DNA from: Hormiphora californensis
Lineage: Eukaryota; Animalia; Ctenophora
Direction: 5' to 3'
Assembly (NCBI GenBank): GCA_020137815.1
Contig: CM035352.1
Span: 7,688,001 to 7,752,000, forward strand
DNA length: 64,000 bases
The position numbers and the translations under genes are program-made. The notes below the pieces were generated by a model. That model was given only the letters and a program-made list of their open reading frames with translations. It ran no database searches and had not been told where the DNA came from. Positions 55,770 through 64,000 of the stretch are shown piece after piece (position 1 is the stretch's first letter; each line of letters begins with the position of its first letter).

Positions 55770-57120
55770 TATATACCCTGCTAACTTAAATAATGCGCCA
55801 GTGGCGAGAAGTCCCACTAGCGCGCTCTCGATAACCAGCCAGTCCAGCGGCAGATTATTTCCCACTGGCAGGTTATTTATTTGTAACTCCTATGTTGCAT
55901 TCAAAGTGTGTGTAAATGATCAGTTCTTACTAAAATACAGAGGGAACACTATGTGCAACACTTACACACTACATTGGAGAGAAAGAAAGGACACATTCCG
56001 TCAATTACTCTCTCTTTATCTCCCCTTTTGTCTCACTATCTCTTTCTCTGTGTTATTTGTGACATGCCCCTTATCAGGCTATTTCTTTCACTCTCTTTCC
56101 TTAGCAACTGCTTAGTAACTGTTACCAAACAGTGTACACTCAATTGTGACGTGTTTTTAACTATTTCTCAGTTCTCTTTGTGTGTTTTGATTAGTGTTCT
56201 CTCTCTTGTTGGTGTGTAATACTTGAAATAAACAACTAAAGCAGGGTATATAACCCATAAACTCTGACCACTGGCACGTTATAGGTTTAAACCCCTCCGC
56301 CTCTCCCTCGGCTCCGCCTCGGGATCGTCGTCGTGATTTAAACCAGTTTATCCGCCAGCGGCGGATAAACTCCAGCTAACTTCTCCCAGCGGCGCGCTGG
56401 GAGAAAGTTATCTGAAATAACGCGCCAGTGGCCAGAGTTTATGCCTCATATATACCCTGCTAACTTAAATAATGCGCCAATGGCAAGAAGTCCCACTAGC
56501 GCGCTCTCGATAACCAGCCAGTCCAGCGGCAGATTATTTCCCACTGGCAGGTTATTTATTTTTAACTCCTATGTTACATTCAAAGTGTGTGTAAATGATC
56601 AGTTCTTACTGAAATACAGAGGGAACACTGTTTGGAAGAGTTACACACTAAATTGGAGAGAAAGAAACAACACATTCCGTCAATTACTCTCTCTTTATCT
56701 TCCCTTTTGTTTCACTATCTCAATTCCTCTGTGTTATGTCTGGCATGCCCCATATCTTGTTATTTCTTTCTCTCTCTCCTTAGTAACTGTTACCAAACAA
56801 TGTACACTCAATTGAGAGATGTTTTTGACTGTTTCTCAGTTCTCTTTGTGTGTTTTGATTAGTGTTCTCTCTCTTGTTAGTGTGTAATACTTGTAACAAA
56901 CAACTAAAGCAGGGTATATAACCCATAAACTCTTGCCACAGACGCGTTATAGGTTTAAACCCCTCCGCCTCTCCCTCGGCTACGCCTCGGGATCGTCGTC
57001 GTGATTTAAACCAGTTTATCCGCCAGTGGCGGATAAACTACAGCTACCTTCTCCCAGCGGCGCGCTGGGAGAAAGGTATCTGAAATAACGCGCCACTGGC
57101 AAGAGTTTATGCCTCATATA
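55770..57120. mobile_element. Head-to-tail dimer of a ~675-bp non-autonomous element (Crypton-like or Helentron-like)
   Basis: Units ~55770-56448 and ~56449-57120, diverged from each other; each has two adjacent inverted-repeat pairs (TATACCCTGCT/AGCAGGGTATA and CATAAACTCT..CCAC/GTGG..AGAGTTTATG) and TATA junctions. Confidence 0.65.
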
Positions 57121-57210
57121 AAGACCAAACCTCTAGTATTTCGATTTTAATGGTAGGCATGCTTCATGATTATACGAATTATAAACTCGACTAACAAATT
57201 TTTGTCAGCT

Positions 57211-57746
57211 ATGTCCCTAAGAAGTGTGGATTTCAAAGTATTTGGTAAGGTTCAGAGGGTGTTTTTTAGAAAGTGCACTAAGGAGAAGGCTGATAGTCTC
57301 GGACTGGTAGGATGGTGTAAGAACCTACCTGATTCTACAGTGACAGGTAATTATGAGCGCTGTTTTGTTTGTTTGTTTGTTTTGATCTGCTGAAAAAGTG
57401 TTGCAGCACTGGCCACGGAATTATATTTTCGTGCGAGTTTGGAGCGCGCGGGGTCGTTGGAGTGAAAAGGATTGCGCGCGTACACAACACGCGCGAATAC
57501 ATTTATGTACAATGTACATTTCCGAACCATTTTGCAGCAGCTGTCCTCTGAAAAAGACCTCTAATTTCTGATATCTTTTCAGGTGCAGCACAGGGGTCTC
57601 CCGGAGAGATTGAAAAGATGAAGTATTGGTTGACAAACACAGGCAGCCCTCAGAGCAAAATATCGAAATGTGACTTTACAAATGAGAGAGATGTTTCAGC
57701 TCCTGAGTTCAGCGAGTTTAGCATCATTAGGAAAAAGAAGAAATAG
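57211..57746 (+). CDS. ACYP: Acylphosphatase
   Basis: Exons 57211-57346 and 57583-57746: MSLRSVDFKVFGKVQRVFFRKCT...GLVGWCKN...TVTGAAQG...MKYWLTNTGSPQSKI...FSIIRKKKK*. Confidence 0.93.
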
Positions 57747-58387
57747 GACAATGTGTTATGAAGTATTCAGTGAAGAGTTGAGAATATTGGACTATGTCAA
57801 GTGTGAAGGATGTGTTGGTAATGCTCGGGGAAAAGGCTTTTGCCCGGTAAATCCGGATCAAATACCGTTCACTTCCTATATCGAAGGAAGTTTATTCTCC
57901 CGGTAAATCAGGGCCCGTAAAATCGGGGTCCGACTGTATCACGTGTTTGTCAGCTCCATTTTACACGCCTATTAACAATGAGAGAAACGGAATGTGTTCA
58001 CTGGGTGAAGATAAAACTGGTTTACAAATAATAACAAGGGGGTAAAACACGGAACAAACAGATCTCCTTCAGCACCACACATACTGGGCAATCGACAGAC
58101 GAAGCATGCCCTCCGAATGTTTTTTAAGGCACCATACATAGCTTATGTTATAACTGCTATAGTTTTGTCATCTACATTCGTATTCCGTACTAAAGATCTA
58201 ACACATTTTCAACTTTTATATCACTTTTCTAAAACTGATTGAATAAATAGATAGAAAAACGTTGCCTAGTTTGTTATACCCGACCCTTCTAAAGCGTCAA
58301 ATGAAGAAGGGTCGGCTGCAAACAAGACAACAAAAATTGTGGCGTAATGACACAAAACATTTCAACAACAAACAGAGTGTCCCTCCA

Positions 58388-61300
58388 TCACCGACACACA
58401 CCGTATACATTGATAGCAAAGTTCTCAAAGACTTTAGAAAACTGTTCCTTGTCCCGTCGTGATAGGTTTGGTGTGTTGGGAATTAGAGTTGAGAAGGCAT
58501 TCTTGAGACATTCTTGTGAGGTTGAGCTCTCCTGCTGCGTCACTATCTCATTCACCACGCTCATGTATTCACCCTGCAATTGGGGTAAACTGTGTTAGGG
58601 TTCGGGTTCGTGTAGATAAATAGTTTAGAGTTCATGACGCTTGGTTTGGGTGAGGGGAGATCTTATCGTTCACACCATGAAATATGATAATACTGGGACC
58701 ACTTGCCTTGATCGACCCTGTTTCACCGCACTGTTTTAACAAAACAACATTACACTTACCCTACACTTGCAGATAAATGTAAAAACCATATCAGCAGCTG
58801 TATCGTACAATCCAGCAGGCAGTTCTTGACTTGATATTAGCAACAGTGTGTGCTGGGAGAGAGGGTAGATGTTAGATTACTTAGTTCCCAATTCACATGT
58901 TAGAGTTTACTGTTTAGACTTCCCATGTTACTTCCAGTGATAGACTTTACCTTGACAATGGAGCCGATTTTCCGTTGGAAGCCTCCATTAGCAGCGGAGT
59001 GTATAGCCAGAGCAGAGACGGCATTGAAAATATAAAACGTGATGTCATCGTTATAGCTGAAATGGGGTTACCATGGTTACTTGTTGAGTTATAGCAGGGT
59101 TACCATGGTTACTTGTTGAGAAACTATGGTTACCGCGTGGGTTACAATTAAATTACGTGTGTATATCTCCAGGATTACAATTTAGAGAAGGATTACTTTA
59201 GAAAGACACCTACTTGTTCAGGCCCACTTTTAGCATGAGTATGATTTGGTCCACCACATTTTCAGGAAGATTGGTAACTTTCTCTGGGTACACCTCACAT
59301 ATAAATGTGATAAGTTTGAAAAACTCACTGGACAGTTTGGGGAACTTCAACAACTCTGAAATGTTGTTGACTGTTGAGTAAGGGGTGCAGGTGAGGAACT
59401 CAACAAGAAATGGGTAGATTGTAGCGGGGTGGGGGTACTTGTTTGTAACAGATGAAGGTGCAAACGGACTTTTTAAAAAGAGACACTCACCAACGTCAAT
59501 ATGCGGAACAATGATATCCAACCCAATCAGGACAAGTTTACTAGAACTGTCTTCAAAAGAGTCAGGTTCGTCGAATGAGAAGAAATCCCGTGAACACAAG
59601 TGGGAGAGGAGCTCCAGACAGAGGAGGATGTTGTCATATCTGTCCTCTTCTGCACCCACCATCTTATTACCCGGACCTTGAGGGGGAGAGCCATTGTTAT
59701 TTATCAGCATCGGCATCTATGTTGGGTATGGTTATTAACGAATTTAGAACTAGGATATCAATGATTATCCAAAGTCCGACTTTAGACAGCTGGAACTCAC
59801 GCATTGCTGAGACAGAGTAACACTTCAGAAGTTGGTAACAAATCTCATACAATCGGGCCGTCTGACTCTTGTCTATCTGTAGAATTCCACTGTCTGTTGG
59901 GGGGGGGGGGGGGTTGTTGAATGGTAAATCGTTCAAATCCCAGAATGAGACGCTATGAAAAGTCCGCACTTGTTACTCAACAACACGTACCTGCAACGGA
60001 ACAGAACAATTCCAGGATAGATCTGACAATAGTGGGGGCATGTTGAGAGACCTTCATTAATCTGACACACCCCTCCAGAACAGGGACCACTGTAACAAAT
60101 ACTGCACTGGGGGAGGTAGTTGGGTTAGTTATGAGGGTCACTAGACTGCCAATGTTCGCTAAAGGTTCAGTATTTAGTGGTTACTAGTAAGTGTCAGTAT
60201 CAGTGACAATTAGTGTTAGTGTTAATTAGTGTGACTAAGGACTAAGGTAGCTAGTAACATACTCGATAATCTTGTTGACGATTGAGGAGGCGATGCCATG
60301 GAAGGTGTCCAGGGCAGTAATAATCTTTACAATCAGGGATGGATTATCAGGCACTTGGGATACCTGGTCACTGTTCAACACGGCCACCACACTACTCGTC
60401 ATACCTCCAAACACCTGGAACATGGGGTCAGATTGAGAGAGTGGTAGAAAGAGGATTGAGGAAGAATCAAACTCACAAATCCAGATAGAAACGGATAGAA
60501 AGACATTACACAAGTTGGCTTGTTCGACCCTCTCCAGGGTTAGAAGACAGACACAAGCTACAACCGCTGTGTACCTTCTCCATGAAGGGTAGGTGTTCAG
60601 AGGAAGGTAGATGGGACATAACAGTTGTCATGGCAGCAGCAAAACTCCTAACACTCTCTGAGGAGGGCAGAACAACAGCACCTGTTGTGTACTGTTCTAC
60701 CAACTTGAGGAAGTTACCATCCTTCATCAGCAGCTTCGACCTAGCAGGGGTGGGGGTGAGATAACAATACACATTATCGGAAATGTTCAGGTCTGCGCCG
60801 CGTGACCAGTTTCAGCCCAATCACAGCACAGCTCCAGCGAGCACACGTGACTCGCACGTCATAAGGGCTGTTCAAATATGGTTACTTAGTTGCTACTAAA
60901 TCCAGTACACTCACGTTCGAGGGTTTCTAGCGAAGGTGGTAACTAGGGAAACACAATCCACGGCAATGGATTCCTCTCCTGGGTAGTATACCAGTCCAGA
61001 TATTATCTTCTCAACAAACGAACCCACCAACCACTGGGCTGCAATGGGATAACGGGGTGAGTCATGGGGTGACAACCAACCCGATCTGAGCATACATTCA
61101 CGAGAATAAAAACGGGGAAACAGATTTAACCGGGTTATATAACTAGGGTTTGGAATGAAATGTATTACATAACTTTGGAGTTCACTAAACCTAGGATATT
61201 TAAACATAGTTCAAAGTACTAATATGTCTGGGGGGGGGGGGGGGGGGGTTCAAAGTATGTCTGCACTCACCGAAGGAAGAGTCCTCTCCGAAGGATAACA

Positions 61301-63499
61301 CCAGTGACTGGGGGATGTAGCTGTATTCTGATTCATTGAACATGAGGTAGCTAGCACAGATACGTGATAGTGCCCACATTAGACTGCTATACACCTGGGG
61401 GACAAGCCATACCATTACAAATGATAAGAGGCGATGAGCGGGAGAACAAACAAACAAACAAAACCACAGATAATAGTTTGAGAAGCACATGAAAGGGGCG
61501 TAAAGACACTAAACAGGGACTACTCTAAAATACTTACCTGGGGTGACAGATAATGGCAAGCGCCTCGTCCCAAGAGACCCTGATAGACTGTTGCCAACTC
61601 CAGAAGAGAGATAACCGCGTTAACGACCAGGTTCTTGCTAGGTAACTCCCCGAACCTTACACCCAAGTGTTTTTCTAGAGGGATAAAAAGAGGTATTTAA
61701 CAACATTAGGAGGGATATCATTATGATTATGGGTAGTAACAAACAAATATCGCTCAGGTATAATCGATTTGATAAAAGCAGTGCCATGGGCGTGAACCCC
61801 TGTAGTTGACCCTACACGCGGGGACTTAACAAATCCAAGCTCTAAAGGGTTGTTTCTATCCGGGGGTTATATCACTTACGTATGTAAATCTCGAATGTTG
61901 CCATATCCACCGTTTCATCATTTTCGGAAATGAACTTCAGGACAGGTTTGGGTACTGCTACATACATCCCTGGGTCAGTGGTGGCTTCAGCGAGGGTATA
62001 ACCAATCAGAACCACCAGCCAGTGGACATCCTCGAATAACTGTAAGGGGAGAACTTGTTATATTTAGGTGAATGGGTATCATCTCGCTAAGCCCGGGGAC
62101 ATAGGGCAAGTAGAGAGATCCTGAGTGTGATGTCCTAACCCAGGAGTGATAGGAATCCAGTACTTGCCGGGGCCGATGGGGGGGGGGGGGGTACACTTAT
62201 TTACCGGGGTGATGATTCACCACTGGTGAGCCGTGAGAGAGGAACCCAGTATTTACCGGGGGCTTGGGGGGGGTGTACTTACCGGTGTACACTCCTGTTG
62301 ACTATCAGCTGTCTCTTTAACCGCCCTACATCGCTCCATTAACATTTTGGACAGATAGGGAAGGACGGCACCGGTATTGAGCCGGGCCATACATCCTATC
62401 ACCTCTAGTTGGTCCCTGTACTTAACACGATCATCTTCCTCCGACTCAAGGTCTATCTGATTTGAGGGGATTGTGTTTTAGAAGTTTATCTGGGGGATAG
62501 ATACGGATTTAGAGGTCTATCTGGGAGGGGGGAGACAGATACCAAGTAAGGTGTCTTTCTGATGATATGGGGATCGGGGGAGGAGATAAGTGGATTTGGA
62601 AGGGGAGTTTTAGCTGCTGTTAGGGGAGACATTGCCTTGTTCAGACTCAGCCTCATGAACAATACAAGGCTGACAGGTACTGGAAAGAGATGGTGATGGA
62701 GCAACTCAAAATTAATCATTGTACCTCTTCCTCCTTCACATTATCATTCCTAATTCCAGTAGGAGAGGCTAGGTGACACTTGACATAACACTCTACCACC
62801 CTCAACACTGCCTGGCCAAGAGGTCCACTCGCCTCAGCCCCCTCGTCCGAGTCATTCTGTAGGAGGGTTAACCAGATATCTAGCACAACGTCAACCACAT
62901 CTTGAGTGTCTGCTAGCATCTGGAAGAGAGAGGAGTTGTGAGTCAGCTTCTGGAGTACACATTACATAATCTATTCTCAAAGTAACTCCTTGAGAGGGGA
63001 GATTTAGAGAAGTATAATCAGGGAAAAGCACAAGCTACCTCATCATCCCGGGTCGATGCGATCATGACATTGATAGAGAGATCAGTGATGGCTGATATGA
63101 AAGCACCCCAGAGTCCCTTCTCCATTGCTTCCACTTCTGGTGAACTATTGGTCCACAGAAGTTGGCGAACCGCCAGAGACAGCCCGTGGTACTCGTGATG
63201 GGACTTTGTCGCAGAGGCCCTGGAAAAACGGTGAATGAAATCAGAAATGTAGTACAGAAATGTAGTACAACTACTCAATTAGCTTTCATTTTGCTACCAT
63301 CCTCCTGAAATATCGAGACTGAATTAGCATCTTTAATTCACCTGATAACAAGTTTAGTTATGGCAGAGAGATAGGAAGAAAGGAATTGTTCCTGTTCCCC
63401 GGTTGTTGCGAAGATTGTTCCATTTAGTGTTCCTAACTGAACCAGGCACATTCTGGCCAAATGTTGCAGGTCCTGGTGGCTACCAAATGCTTCGTACAA
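58388..63499 (-). CDS. XPO4: Exportin-4, 3' part; 5' exons lie beyond the right edge
   Basis: Exons encode LARMCLVQLGTLNGTIF, YVKCHLASPTGIR, EEDDRVKYRDQLEVIGCMAR, LSPQVYSSLMWALSR, YYPGEESIA, LELLSHLCSRDFFSF, LLKFPKLSSEFFKLITFICEVYPEK and C-terminal EYMSVVNEIVTQQ...LKNAFSTL. Confidence 0.88.
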
Positions 63500-63599
63500 C
63501 TAGGGGGATGATGTGGTCACGTGACATGTATGGAGAACCGGGGTGAGCCTGATGGCATGTTTTTGGTTTTCAATACTCTCGGGGGGGGGGGGGGGGGGG

Positions 63600-63720
63600 G
63601 CGTCACCTTTTATTTTGCCCATATTTGCCCATATTTGCCCATATGGGCAAAACTGAATTTTCAAAAATCGTGGGACTTTGGGCAAAATGGGCAAAAATGG
63701 GCAAAAAAATAACTCCTGTA
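63600..63720. repeat. Small inverted-repeat element / MITE remnant
   Basis: TTTTGCCCATATTTGCCC arrays facing GGGCAAAAATGGGCAAAA arrays. Confidence 0.55.
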
Positions 63721-64000
63721 CCTTACATCATAGGTATATATATATATAGGTTTATAGCCACTATAATCGAAGCAGAATTTCACGCTGAGGAAGATGCTTG
63801 TATTTATTTTGTTCTAGGACGTTTCTGAAACCCATAAAAGCAAAAAAACCTTAAAAAAAATGTTAGTAGAGGGGTTGTAGCACCGGGAGGTAATGAGTAA
63901 ACACACACACACGCATTGAGCAAGCTCAATGTTTAGCTATTCTCCGGCTGGGTATAGGGCTGAGGTACTGGCAAGATATAGTAGGATCGCTACTGCCCAC

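Noticed and set aside
55726-56862. Duplicated 124-129-aa ORFs
   Set aside because: Lie inside the tandem repeat element, differ in start and frame between copies, and show no recognisable domain.

Overview
Eukaryotic (animal) genomic DNA: gene-dense, with short GT-AG introns, abundant (CT)n and many non-autonomous transposons. A ctenophore-like non-bilaterian is suspected from overall style, but this cannot be proven here. Genes in order: 5' part of axonemal dynein DNAH10 (-, runs off the left edge), a 135-aa orphan ORF (-), intronless HIRA (+), Unkempt (+, with a ~14 kb repeat-filled central region), an intronless class-A GPCR (-), an ankyrin/2xMYND protein (+), a KDM2-like JmjC-CXXC-PHD demethylase without F-box/LRR (+), a divergent intronless actin-related gene (+), FIG4 (+), acylphosphatase (+) and the 3' part of exportin-4 (-, runs off the right edge). 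Mobile DNA: a head-to-head MITE dimer, two hAT MITEs with 8-bp TSDs, TA-flanked MITEs, two Helentron-type (HINE) elements nested in MITEs, two CRE-type LINE 3' fragments with TSDs, a tRNA-derived SINE and a tandem dimer of a Crypton/Helentron-like element. Most notable signals: (1) three tightly linked same-strand gene pairs and unpaired splice acceptors just before start codons (candidate trans-spliced operons or nested genes), (2) tandem repeats that echo splice sites and stop codons, (3) a duplicated 13-nt microexon and a hidden cassette exon in Unkempt. Clustered single-base frameshifts and the noisy 25.3-27.9 kb stretch are judged to be assembly errors. Exon coordinates were read by eye and may be off by a few bases.
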